Assembly: GCA_002633005.1 (NCBI GenBank)
Contig: NMRA01000038.1
Coordinates: forward strand, 1,244,883-1,308,882
Direction of reading: 5' to 3'
DNA from: Phoronis australis
Taxonomy: Eukaryota; Animalia; Phoronida
DNA: 64,000 nucleotides
Position 1 is the first letter of the stretch, and every line of letters begins with the position of its first letter. The notes below the pieces were generated by a model. The model made no database searches, was not told where the DNA came from, and saw only the letters and a list, made by a program, of their open reading frames with translations. This document shows, piece after piece, positions 46,942 to 58,612 of this stretch. The position numbers were made by a program, and so were the translations under genes.

Positions 46942-48056
46942 TTAGTACTTACAAACTTCGAGCTTGTGTTTATGGAGATATCTTTTTTGTGCAAAAGCTT
47001 TGTGGCAGCGGTTACACACATAATTCTTACTCGTAACAGTATGAATAAGCATGTGGGACCTCAGGTTAGATTTGTCTGCAAACGCTTTGCCACAGTCCGG
47101 GTACTTGCACAAGTAGGGCTTCTCCCCAGTGTGAATCCTCATGTGACCTTTTAGTAGCCAGTTGCGAGTGAAAAATTTGCCGCAAATTGGGCACCTGTTT
47201 TGGTTACTCATCTGGCCCAGTGAGTGACGAGTGTGTCCCTGATAAATGGGTAGAACTGTGTCTCTAGCAAAACCATTGAACTGAGAATCCCTGAGCTTAT
47301 GTTGAGACATGATTGGCATGTAGAGGGCGTGGTCAGGTCTACTGCTAGGAGCGGATGGTGATGGGAGCAGTACTCTGTCGCTGTCACTACCAACTGCAAC
47401 CTTTGCGTCATTTAGCTCTTCATTCCCAGTAACTGTTGCTGGTTTCTGGTTTTCTCTGACGTGTATCGCGGTGTTGCTACAACTGGCTAAAGGTGCTCGA
47501 CAGTTTGACGGCTGTTTATAGACATAAATAGATTTGTTTGCGTTTTGATTTTCCCAGTCAAAATGAGCATTGGAATCATTGGTTATTCTGTTCATCAACG
47601 ACACTACTTCGCTGTATGTTATAGATTTTGCAAGCTTGTTCACATCTTGTAGTGAAAATATCAAACCGTCTCCCGGGGCAATGCTACTGTTTGAGACGAA
47701 TGGTTGGCGATTGAGATCATCGAAGCAGTAGTTAATGGTGAATTCACTCTCCGTAAGCCTTGACGGATTAGTTGCTGTATGTGGTTTTGATGGAACATAT
47801 TCAAGATTCTGGTTAACTTGTAAGTCAAGTTCACTTCCGTTCAAGGCAAGGTAATAACGTGTCACTAATGACAAATAATTCAGTGAGGTATAGTTTTTTG
47901 TCCATCTCAACTTGCTGGATTGTCCATGTTCTTTAAAACTACTGCTTGTTTGAGAAGAGCTTTGAGATGATTTTAGCTCTTGAGACCCATTTGAACCTTT
48001 CCCTGATCGCCTGATTGATAATCCAGATCGAGTTGTCATTACGTGCACATCATCAT
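46942..48056 (-). CDS. Snail/Scratch-superfamily-like C2H2 zinc-finger protein with three C-terminal fingers, main exon; probable first exon supplies ATGG at 48738..48741 (372 aa in total)
   Basis: Long ORF ending [49 protein letters not shown], resembling the last three Scratch fingers (RPWLLQGHMR..FADRSNLRAHM..FALKSYLHKH). Acceptor ttttatttcag ends at 48057. In-frame ATGs at 48087 and 48039 are alternative starts. Confidence 0.85.
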
Positions 48057-48629
48057 CTGAAATAAAACCACAATCAATAGCAAACATTTCGGAAAAAATA
48101 AGCCGCGAGCTAACGTGACACGGAAAGTTAGAAAACAATTTAAAAATAGTAAATTAAGTGTGAACTCCAGAATAAGTATATATATATGTATAGAAAGAAA
48201 ATTTAAATTAATGGTGGTAGTTTGTAAACCAGTCAAAATTTATTTTGAATGGCTTTTCCATATAGGAATTGTGCCACGCCTTCCCATACCCTGAGTCTGT
48301 GACAGCCTGCGGGCTGTTGGAATGGGAACATGACAACAAACTCAATTGCACGATGACGCACCTGGTCACATCATCTGATTTTTAAACAAGAGAAAAATAA
48401 GAGATGGTTATATGTGCCCAAATTACCTGGGTTTCGCGAGAAATAGCCATTCTTGCGTGTCCTATAGAGAGCTCTCATGTAACATCGCGGCATTGTTCTT
48501 AACAATGGTGGACCAAGCCGTATTCTTTTGCTTGTTTTGCTGAATTTGTACGTATTTGTAACAAGTGCTTGAACTGGCAGGTGTCTGCATAAGAACAGTA
48601 ACTTGGCGTTTATTTGCATTCCGTATTTA

Positions 48630-48735
48630 GTGCTTGCGCGTGCACGTACACAGAAACGCGTCAGCTGATTTCATGCAGACGCCAGGAATGTCAAATTCCC
48701 GCCAGATGTCTCTAAAGATCAAAACATGGCGACTC
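48630..48735. promoter_or_regulatory. Shared promoter region of the zinc-finger and MARVEL genes
   Basis: CpG-containing tgcgcgtgca (NRF1-like), cagctg E-box, YY1-like aaaacatggcg at 48721..48731. Confidence 0.4.
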
Positions 48736-48737
48736 AC

Positions 48738-48741
48738 CCAT
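48738..48741 (-). CDS. Putative first coding exon end (ATG G) of the zinc-finger gene
   Basis: caagATGG|gtgagt: good Kozak context plus consensus donor; phase 1 matches the acceptor at 48057, giving [13 protein letters not shown]. Confidence 0.55.
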
Positions 48742-48819
48742 CTTGAAGAAATGTTTGTCTAAAGAAATATTTCAGGAATTCTGCATTATTTGAGATTCTG
48801 GGATTTTTCATTTAACAAA

Positions 48820-49224
48820 ATGGATGACCAAGAAAGCCAAGAATCACTTTTAGAGTCTCACTATGAACAGCAAAGGGCTGATAACGCGTATAATTTGAAT
48901 GAAGCGGTGCGAAGTTCTAGTCACCCACTGTCAAATTCCAGTGGCAGTGGCAGTGGCAGTACCAATGCCAATGAATGGCTGGAGCGATCGGAAGCCTTGT
49001 CTTCTAATCCTCGACCTCCTGTTGCTAATGAGGGTGATGACTCTCTGATTTTGCGACAGAGTGAACAAGGGTCTGGTGACTTTATTGAAAGAGTACCTGA
49101 TGTGGAGACGAGAGTAAACTCGAGCCTCAGCGACTTGTCGGCCCAAAGTAAAAACAGAGCACATCTTCGCTTTGATGATACTTACCTGAAATCTGTGGAT
49201 GGTGCACTAAAACTGATACAGATT
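48820..49224 (+). CDS. MARVEL gene exon 1
   Basis: aaaATGG start, 135 codons, gtaagt donor. Confidence 0.85.
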
Positions 49225-52200
49225 GTAAGTGTCTTTTCCCAACTGTGTGTTCATAAATTGTCCAAGAACACAACCATGAACCATATAGCCTATGCCCACC
49301 AGCAGAAGTAAACCAACCGTTTGCAGCGAAATTGTACATCTGCCACTGTATTTGAATGCATTTTTTTTACATTTCACTCCTGTCATTGGTATCTCACACA
49401 ATGACTTAAGGTAACTGCATTTAAGGTTGTCTTTAAGCATTCATTTATTGAGTAACCTTTGGAACAAGCTGTTTTCATCTGATGAGTAGGGTTTATCTGT
49501 CAATTATTATTTAATATCTAATTTGAACAGCAACTTCCATACTGAATCCTAGCTAGCAGTGAATTTTATTTTTCTCACACCCTTTAATATCTTGTATAAA
49601 AAGTCTGTGTTGATAGTTGACATCCAAACAAAATGTCATTTTAAGGAACTTTAACATGAAAACAAAAACAATTTTGTGTCATTGATTGAAAATAACCTCT
49701 TCATAGGCTACTTGTAAGAAACAAAACATTTCTGCGTGAAATTCATCTTGTAATAATTTGTGTATAATGACCACACTATGACAAGAATCACATTGTAATA
49801 ATTTATGTATAATGGCCACAGTATGACACGCACCAACTTGTAATAATCTGTGTGTAAGGTCCACAGTATGACAAGAACCACCTTGTAACAATCTGCATTA
49901 TGACCACAGTATTGACAAGAAATACCTTTCCCAGCTGGTATAACTACTTTTCTACGACACTCCAAAGTACTGGTCGTAGAACCTCGGCTAGCATTTATTC
50001 TGCAAACGATTTTTCTGCTAAGTCATTCAATTATTTAAAAAAAATTAACGTAGATCAAAGAAATAATTTATACCAAGTTACATATTTCCTTTTTTATTTC
50101 AAGCTACATGCAATAACCATTTTTGAGCTTTGACTGCTAGTGACTGACTTCTTGGGCTTACGGGAGCATGTTACCCAAGTAAATGTGTAATGTATTGTCA
50201 CCATCTAGATAGTTAGCATTACTACGGATTGCTACATTACAAGAACTCAGCTAATATATTTATGTTTTAACTTCCCCTTTTGATTTTGAGCTGCGATACG
50301 CGTTGATTGCCTGAGGATGTGGTTATTTCAACTTCTGTAATATTGTCATGTAATTAAAAAACTGGGCACCAATAAATGAATTGACATACCCTTATGAAGC
50401 GAATTCAGTGCCTGAGCGAAATGAGTACAAGCTCAGATCACGACATGCCTTACTCAAATATATTTACTGTTTTTCAGATCATGACGCTGACCAGTCTGAT
50501 ATGTGTTGTGTCTTCTGAGAGTGCTGAAGGTGGTTATCTCAGTCTCCCACTCAGCCTCAATCTTCGTGTGTTTCTTTTCTCCTTGGTCACAAGCCTTCTC
50601 TCCAGTGTCGTCATTGTGTTCCTTCATGTCNTAGCATTTTTTCTGCAAACGATTTTACTGCTAACTCATTCAATTATTTAAAAAAAATTAATGTAGATCA
50701 AAGAAATAATTTATACCAAGTTACATATTTCCTTTTTTATTTCAAGCTACATGCTATAACCATTTTTGAGCTTTGACTGCTGGTGACTGACTTCTTGGGC
50801 TTATGGGAGCATGTTAACCAAGTAAATGTGTAACGTATTGTCACCATCTAGATAGTTAGCATTACTACGGATTGCTACATTACAAGAACTCAGCTAATAT
50901 ATTTATGTTTTAACTTTCCCTTTTGATTTTGAGCTGCGATACGCGTTGATTGCCTGAGGATGTGGTTATTTCAACTTCTGTAATATTGTCATGTAATTAA
51001 AAAACTGGGCACCAATAAATGAATTGACATACCCTTATGAAGCGAATTCAGTGCCTGAGCGAAATGAGTACAAGCTCAGATCACGACATGCCTTACTCAA
51101 ATATATTTACTGTTTTTCAGATCATGACGCTGACCAGTCTGATATGTGTTGTGTCTTCTGAGAGTGCTGAAGGTGGTTATCTCAGTCTCCCACTCAGCCT
51201 CAATCTTCGTGTGTTTCTTTTCTCCTTGGTCACAAGCCTTCTCTCCAGTGTCGTCATTGTGTTCCTTCATGTCTCTAGTCTCATACATCTCCTTGCTGCT
51301 CTGAAGTGGCCACTCGTGGTAAGTGTTGTCTCAAGTTTAAGCAATTGATGTTGCACTTTTGCTATCATATGATTTCTTGGATAAAGTCAAAGTTGCATAA
51401 AAAACAAAATGATATTTTAGCAAACAAGATTTGATGTTGAACATTTATATAAAAAATTGGTCATATTATTGGTAACATCGTTTTATTATCAATGTACCTT
51501 TATTTTTCGCTAAATTTTACTGAAAAGACATGGTCATGTGACCAAATTAATTGTGAATTGGTATAAAGTCTAAAATCAAATGCTACTTGTTTTCTTTTAG
51601 AAACACAGAGTTAAAATTACAATTTGCTTGGTATTGGGCTAAATATACAGACCACATACCCTAAAAGTATTAAAGTGGTGACATTTTCTCATTTCCAGTA
51701 AATGGATCTTTAGCGAGTATAATATAATTCAGTTAAACCTGTTGTATGCTTTTCTTTTCTTGTTGTTAAAGAAAAGTAGTTCAGGTGGACTGATACACGT
51801 TGCATCAGACATGCACAGGTCACTCAGCCGGGCCTATTGCACCAAACACCTGAAACCATTCTTTTTATTTTTATTAATGTACATCTATAATAGATAAACA
51901 CATGTTAAAATCAAGCTGAGGAGAACTAGAGAGCTGATTCTGTAGTCTAGCAATTTGTTCACTGGGATTTGAACTTACCGTAATCGTTCGGGTTAACGCC
52001 CTGGGCGGTTAAATTGGCGAATCCAAAAAATCGGGGAGGGCGGTTAACCGAGCAGTGGGCGGTTAAATCGAAAATCCACCTAAAGTCGGGGATGGGCGGT
52101 TAACTGAGCATGGGCGTTAACTCGAACGATTACGGTATGACCTTGAGAACAAGAGGATAACACGTAACCCACTTGGCCAGATTTTGCCCTCATGGTATTA

Positions 52201-55200
52201 CAAAAGTAATTGCAGTAAAAATTCAATTTGGGACAAAAATAATTGCTAAAATTGCCACATTTCTAATTTTCAGAGGTTTACCATGTTGTTGCAAGTGCTC
52301 AAAATTTTACCAAATGCTGTTTGGTAATAGTTACGCCATACACACCATGGTAAAAGCAAAGTAAAATTTCCTGAAGAGGCATTTTTGTTGAGAGATTTGT
52401 CAAAATGAAATTTCACCTGTCCGCAATATTGTGTCCCAAACTGAAGATTTTTTACCGTACCCGAATTAGAATTCATGAAATGTTCATTTTTCATTGTACA
52501 TACTGATTGTATGATAATTTACTGCAAGACCATTGTAGTATAAGTATTGTGTGCCTTCTCTGTGCTTTCAGGAACTTGTTTACTATAGCCTTCTCACCCT
52601 TCTGTTGCTGGTTGGCTCATCACTGGTGGCCAGTAATGTCAGCTATTACCAAGATCATTGGGAGCTGAATGTCAGTCATTGGACCGAGAATCAGCTGCTG
52701 TCAGCTGTTGTGAGTACAAGTTTATCTTCTTTAGCATAAATTACAGAGTAAACAATGTTCAACCCTCACGAACTGGGAAGGCTTCTCCATGTTGGAAATA
52801 TCTACTTTAATCGAAATAAGGGTCGATTGGGAGAACTATTTTGAATTTCTCCAATGTCATCTGGTGAGCCCAACCCACTTTTATCCACATTACATTCTCA
52901 CTAGTGGGCTGGTCATCAAAGGAGTGAATCTATTCACTTGGTCAATAGTGAGGATAATTACTGTTTCTTATCAGATCATATCTAAATAGAAGGCTTGAAG
53001 GCTGTACTTTTCCATTTTCTTTTTGGGACATGAAAATTGATGAAAACCGTAAAATCTGAGTAAAGGTGTAAAAATTGAAGTATTTTTGAATTTTCAAAAT
53101 AGGTCAAATAACAACAATTTTGTCAACAAAAACCTACGGCTTGAAATTGAAATTGGCCTTAGATTGGAAAATAGTTCCCAGCATTGTTTCATGTCTAATC
53201 TACTGCATCTATGACTCACAGTAGAAACAGGGCCTGAAAGAATGTGAATAACCCCTCCCCTCCTCCCTGGTTGTGATGATGGAATCTTGATTAAAGGTGC
53301 ATGTTCAAGCTACTTCCAGGTTCAAGGCATGTCATAAGCAGCATTCTTTTGTGATGAACTCTGTTGTTTCTTTTGGGAATCTCTCTTCAATTTTTACTTC
53401 AAAATAATTGCCAAACATGGCATATTTCCATTTTTTCAAAGACCATCTCATGTTATAAACTGAAGACCATTTGCTTTTATATCACTCTTCTCTTCTGACA
53501 AACAGTTTAAATTTCATTTCTCCTGAATCCTAGTTCATTCCACCCTCTAGCAGGAGGCATGTGTTGAATGTACTTGAAACCAAAACGCATGCTTGGAGCA
53601 TTGTTAAGTAGCATCTCAAATAGCTGCTTTTTGCATTACATGAGAAAGGAAATACAGCTTATGAGAATTGTTTTCATGAGAAAAGCACAGTTTTCTGTGG
53701 AATACTTGTTTCATCAATGAGTATTTAGCCTTGAGGAGACGCACATTCATGGAATGACGATAATTAATTGTCAAACTGTCAGTTGAGGTTTAGTCTTGAT
53801 CATACAGCAGTATATTTTAGTGATCTCTGTGGGAACTTGACAAACTTTTGAAGCAAACATGTTTGTCTTTGATTTTTGTCATATTTTCAACAAAACAATG
53901 CAACAACAGTCATGCTGTGAACATCCACTTGAACCACAGGGTAAACTGTTTTGAGAAACAGTTCATTGTCCTCACACTTTTAGAAGTCACAGAAACTTTT
54001 GATGTAAACCACCTACCGCTAGATAAAACTGGTCTCAGCGTTGTCCATGTGTTCTACTTGCAACTGTATGCTATGTAATAGAATGGCCTGTCATCGCAAG
54101 ACAGTTTATTGTCTGCTTGAGACTGTATGCTGTGTAATAGAATGGCCTGTCATCACAAGACAGTTTATTTAGCCTTTGTCTTAAGTATAAACAATTCTTC
54201 CCAGAAACCAATTCTAAATTAAGTGAGGAACAAGTGAGATGGGTTAGTGTATGGTCTAAATCACATTAGTCATTTTTTAGGGAACCATAGATTATAGACA
54301 ACAGATTCGCAACTCCGACATTTTCTTCCGTGCTACCCTAGAGGCAGTGTCACTCTCCTCAGTTATCTGGTTTATTTTTCGGTTAGTGTATTGTGATTGG
54401 AATTTTTTTGCATCTATTTTAATGTCCAGTACAACGAAAGCAAAATGATAATTTTGTCATTGAAATGCTGTTCAAAATCTTAGAATAGTAGAACTATTGG
54501 TATCATGAGTACTTTTAGCAATGCTACTACCACCCCACCACACAACAGCCGACCAAGATTAGCAGATGACGCATTTGCCGGAAATAATACCAGATAATTG
54601 GGCCAGGTGTCGCTAGTGAATAATGACGTAACGTTATGCGGAAGAGCACAGATTTCGTCCATTGAAAGTATATGGAATTGGCGGTGCTTGTATTATAGTC
54701 TATGATGGAATGCTGGTTTAAGCGGCTTTAATTGTTCATCTCTTTGACTTTAATTGGCACCATTCTGTAAGTGTGCAGCCAGTGTGCACTTTGGTCCATT
54801 CTATGATATTTTGCTGTAGTAGCTGCTCCCCTTCAACGATTTCTGATCACCTACCGGTAATCTGCAAGTAGTACAAGGAAGGTAGTTCTGACTAAACATT
54901 AGTGGACAGGTGTTATAGGCTGTGAGCATACCTTAAGTTAGTACATATCTTTTCCTTTGAACTGTCTAATATGTAAACATTCATTGAAGCCTCATTGTTT
55001 TTAGACAACTGTTAAATAATGAGACAGCAATAGTTATGTAACATGTTTTTTGAGTTACACCATATGTTTACAAGGTCCTTAAATTTTTTCATGTTGTAAT
55101 CAAGTTTCAGTGACTGTTACAAAAGTCAATTTTATGGTCACATTCTTTGTGCTAAGAAAAATTGCGTTCAGTAAACATCAAACAATGATGATCTTGATTC

Positions 55201-58200
55201 ATCCAAATTATTAGCCAGGGGCTTATGGCATTTTGTAATGCAGTTAGTCTTGAGTACAGTTTTGACTGTCAACTTAAGTGATTAGAAGATTGGTGTGTGA
55301 TATAAAGACAACGGGCCCTGAACGTTGCAGTCATTTCTCAAATTAATCTTGCATTGTCTGAGGATTTACAACCACGCTAAATAAATATCCCTTGTTGTAA
55401 TTTCCGATTGTCAACTAGAAGAGCATGTGATTGATGTCTCAGAGACTTCGTACAATGATTTTTGGTTCAGCATAACTGCAATTGCATAGTCTTCAATTGA
55501 TTCTTTTGAGTAACTCTAAGTACACTAATGCTAATGTACCTACTATTTTTCCTTGAGAGCCTCGTGACCCAATTAACCCTTTCAACACTGCAGACCTTAA
55601 GCGGTCTCTGAAACTTAGCTGTATTTAACCCCGTAGACCGCTTTATCAGTCTGACGACATGCTGAACTTCAAGCATCAGCATATTTGGTTGATTCTGGGA
55701 ATTCCTTTGTGTGCGTCAGTTATTAAGGGTTGCATACACATCACAAGAATTTATCGGAACTGGTTTCACTTCATTATTAGTTTTTAAAATTTTGATACCA
55801 GCAAACCGAATTTCAGAACAAATTTTGTTGCTGCGAAGCTGTCATTATCTCCCGAGAGATGTCGTAAAAATTAGGCCGTGGCACGTGCGCGTGACACGAG
55901 CGTACTGTTTTCAAAATGACAACATAATTTCCTTTGTTACAAAAGGTGGAGAATTGCGCTAGGAAATGATGTTTATTAGATTGCTTTTCACTTNCAGCCG
56001 ACCAAGATTAGCAGATGACGTATTTGCCAGAAATAACACCAGATAATTGGGCCAGGTGTCGCTAGTGAATAATGACGTAACGTTATGCGGAAGAGCACAG
56101 ATTTCATCCATTGAAAGTATATGGAATTGGCGGTGCATGTATTATAGTCTATGATGGAATGCTAGTTTTAGCAGCTTCAATTGTTCATCTGTTTTACTTT
56201 AATTGGCACCTTTCTGTAAGTGTGCAGCCAGTATGCACTTTGGTCCATTCTATGATATTTTGCTTAATAGCTGCTCCCCTTCAACATTTCTGATCACTTA
56301 CCGGTAATGTGCAAGTAGTACAAGGAAGGTAGTTCTGACTAAACATTAGTGGACAGGTGTTATAGGCTGTGAGCGTACCTTAATATCTTTTCCTTTCTGT
56401 CTGATATGTAAGCATTCATTGAAGTCTCATCGTTTTTAGACAACTGTTAAATAATGAGACAACAATAGTTATGAGTTACACCATATGTTTACAAGGTCCT
56501 TAAATGTTTTCATGTTGTAATCAAGTTTCAGTGACTGTTACAAAAGTCAATTTTATGGCCACATTCTTTGTGCTAAGAAAAATTGCATTCAGTAAACATC
56601 AAACAATGATGATCTTGATTCATCCAAATTATTAGCCAGGGGCTGATGACATTTTGTAAGGCAGTTAGTCTTGAGTACAGTTTTGACTGTCAACTTAAGT
56701 GATTAGATGATTGGTGTGTGATATAAAGACAATGGGCCCTGAACGTTGCAGTCATTTCTCAAATTAATCTTGCATTGTCTGAGGATTTACAACCACGCTA
56801 AATAAATATCCCTTGTTGTAATTTCCGATTGTCAACTAGAAGAGCATGTGATTGATGTCTCAGAGACTTCGTACAATGATTTTTGGTTCAGCATAACTGC
56901 AATTGCATAGTCTTCAATTGATTCTTTTGAGTAACTCTAAGTACACTAATGCTAATGTACCAACTATTTTTCCTTGAGAGCCTCGTGACCCAATTAACCC
57001 TTTCAACACTGCAGACCTTAAGCGGTTTCTGAAACTTAGCTGTATTTAACCCCGTAGACCGCTTTATCAGTCTGACGACATGCTGAACTTCAAGCATCAG
57101 CATATTTGGTTGATTCTGGGAATTCCTTTGTGTGCGTCAGTTATTAAGGGTTGCATACACATCACAAGAATTTATCGGAACTGGTTTCACTTCGTTATTA
57201 GTTTTTAAAATTTTGATACCAGCAAACCGAATTTCAGAACAAATTTTGTTGCTGCGAAGCTGTCATTATCTCCCGAGAGATGTCGTAAAAATTAGGCCGT
57301 GGCACGTGCGCGTGACACGAGCGTACTGTTTTCAAAATGACGACATAATTTCCTTTGTTACAAAAGGTGGAGAATTGCGCTAGGAAATGATGTTTATTAG
57401 ATTGCTTTTCACTTAAACAGCTGTAACGGTGAGCACCGTCGCCGATCTTTAGCTCTACATGTTTCACGGCGAGGTGACGAGCAGAACTACCCGAGCTGTG
57501 TGCTATTTCGAGGTCTGTCGGCACTGAACACACAGTGGCACCTAGCTGTATTTTGACGTTGGTGTTCATACAGCTAGCTGGCTGGCTACCAGTTACCATA
57601 CTTTATAATGTGACCTGTGCTCTTCTTGACACAGAGTTCATTTTAGGAACTGATTTCACGTTAATTTGCTCATACTGCCTAAAATATTTGGATCAGGTTA
57701 GAGAGTTGCTCATGTTGCTCTAGAGTTGGCGTATCCCAAAGTTTGGAAAAATATAAATTTTAGCTGCTAATAATCCCGGTTGTTTAAAGATATCCGAGAA
57801 CTTGTTTCCTCGCCTAAGAGCTAATTGAAGTGACTCAAATTTCCATGTAAATATCCCCACGTGTTGAAAATATAACTTAGCTCAAAACTCATAATCTACA
57901 AAATCGTGCCATATGACTTCAATTGCTTGCTAAAGTGCTCCAAGCCATCCATGTTCGTTGGTCATTGAGTATACATGAAACAGTGTATTTTGTAGGTTGA
58001 TAATGAGCTGTTTTAAAAATAGTATGTGACAATGTGAGTGTGGTACATCCACTCGGGAGGTTGTCCATATACATGATGGCTTTTTTGTACCAGTGTGTTT
58101 TGCTGCGCAGAAAATACAATCAGTGCACTACTGAAACATAGGGAATGTTGAGACGCCACTTGTCACTAGCAGATTTTGATGTCACTTTGTCAACTCTTCT

Positions 58201-58612
58201 TTGTGGCATGGTTTTATGGCCTTCGATACTAGTTCAACTTTAGCTGTCAAAGTTGTCTGGAATTTTTTGTCACTGTTGGGTTACCTATAGAATGTACTGT
58301 ACTGGCTTTTCAAGCTCACGGAAAAGTTTCTTAACAGTTGGCTCACATTTCTGTATCAAAGTGGAAGAAAATTTACTGCCTCGTCTTAGGTAAGGTCTCA
58401 TATTGCTCACTGTCTGACAGTGGCCTAGATGGTTTGTTGAACTTACAGTTAAGATATTACCGTCCTTCTAGGTCCTCGGCTTTGGTGCCATGTGCTTGTA
58501 CGCAGGCACTGCTGCTGTTGCGTGCTGCCGTTGGAAGCAGGAGAGACAAATGCCATACAGCCGTTATCAGATGCACAGTGCAGCGTCTGGGTCTACAGAA
58601 GCTCTAGCCTAG
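48820..58612 (+). CDS. MARVEL-domain tetraspan membrane protein, CMTM/plasmolipin-like; join(48820..49224,51121..51318,52572..52709,58472..58612)
   Basis: Four phase-0 exons join in frame. Long acidic/Ser-rich N-terminus, then FDDTYLKSVDGALKLIQI (YL.S..G.LK..Q MARVEL start), four hydrophobic segments with WPLVELVY and SAVVLGF..MCLY signatures. Confidence 0.85.
49747..49920. repeat. ~42-46-bp tandem repeat, about four copies
   Basis: ttgtaataat...ccacagtatgacaagaa repeated. Confidence 0.75.
49989..51273. other. Tandem duplication 49989..50630 / 50632..51273 split by a single N; probable assembly overlap
   Basis: N at 50631 truncates a copy of MARVEL exon 2 and the sequence restarts. Confidence 0.85.
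51121..51318 (+). CDS. MARVEL gene exon 2
   Basis: tttcag / gtaagt; hydrophobic; ends WPLV. Confidence 0.87.
51976..52137. mobile_element. 162-bp MITE with TACCGTA..TACGGTA ends
   Basis: TIRs taccgtaatcgttcgggttaacgccc / gggcgttaactcgaacgattacggta; internal gggcggttaa repeats; related end at ~21825..21912. Confidence 0.8.
52217..52452. mobile_element. Relative of the 11272..11513 element, inverted
   Basis: aattcaatttgggaca ... tgtcccaaactgaagattt with internal similarity. Confidence 0.6.
52572..52709 (+). CDS. MARVEL gene exon 3
   Basis: tttcag / gtgagt; ELVYYSLLTLLLLVGSSLVA. Confidence 0.87.
54063..54169. repeat. Two-copy ~59-bp tandem repeat
   Basis: actgtatgct.tgtaatagaatggcctgtcatc.caagacagtttatt twice. 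Confidence 0.8.
54546..57414. other. Tandem duplication 54546..55993 / 55995..57414 split by a single N; probable assembly overlap
   Basis: N at 55994; copies differ by substitutions and small indels. Confidence 0.85.
57155..57580 (-). mobile_element. Same family, inverted A-B copy
   Basis: Reverse complement is colinear with 31900..32330. Confidence 0.65.
58472..58612 (+). CDS. MARVEL gene last exon (VLGFGAMCLYAGTAAVACCRWK...*)
   Basis: ccttctag acceptor; TM4 signature; TAG stop. Confidence 0.82.
   Translation, partial: VLGFGAMCLYAGTAAVACCRWKQERQMPYSRYQMHSAASGSTEALA

Noticed and set aside
48057-48138. N-terminal part of the 398-aa ORF in the track
   Set aside because: Starts at TTG and contains a polypyrimidine tract plus AG, so it is more likely intron.
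50478-50630. Apparent duplicated or mutually exclusive MARVEL exon 2
   Set aside because: Copy is cut at the N, lacks a donor and matches the full exon; best explained as assembly overlap.
55467-55962. Duplicated ORFs here and at 56888..57383
   Set aside because: Inside the N-junction duplication and repeat DNA; no identifiable homology.
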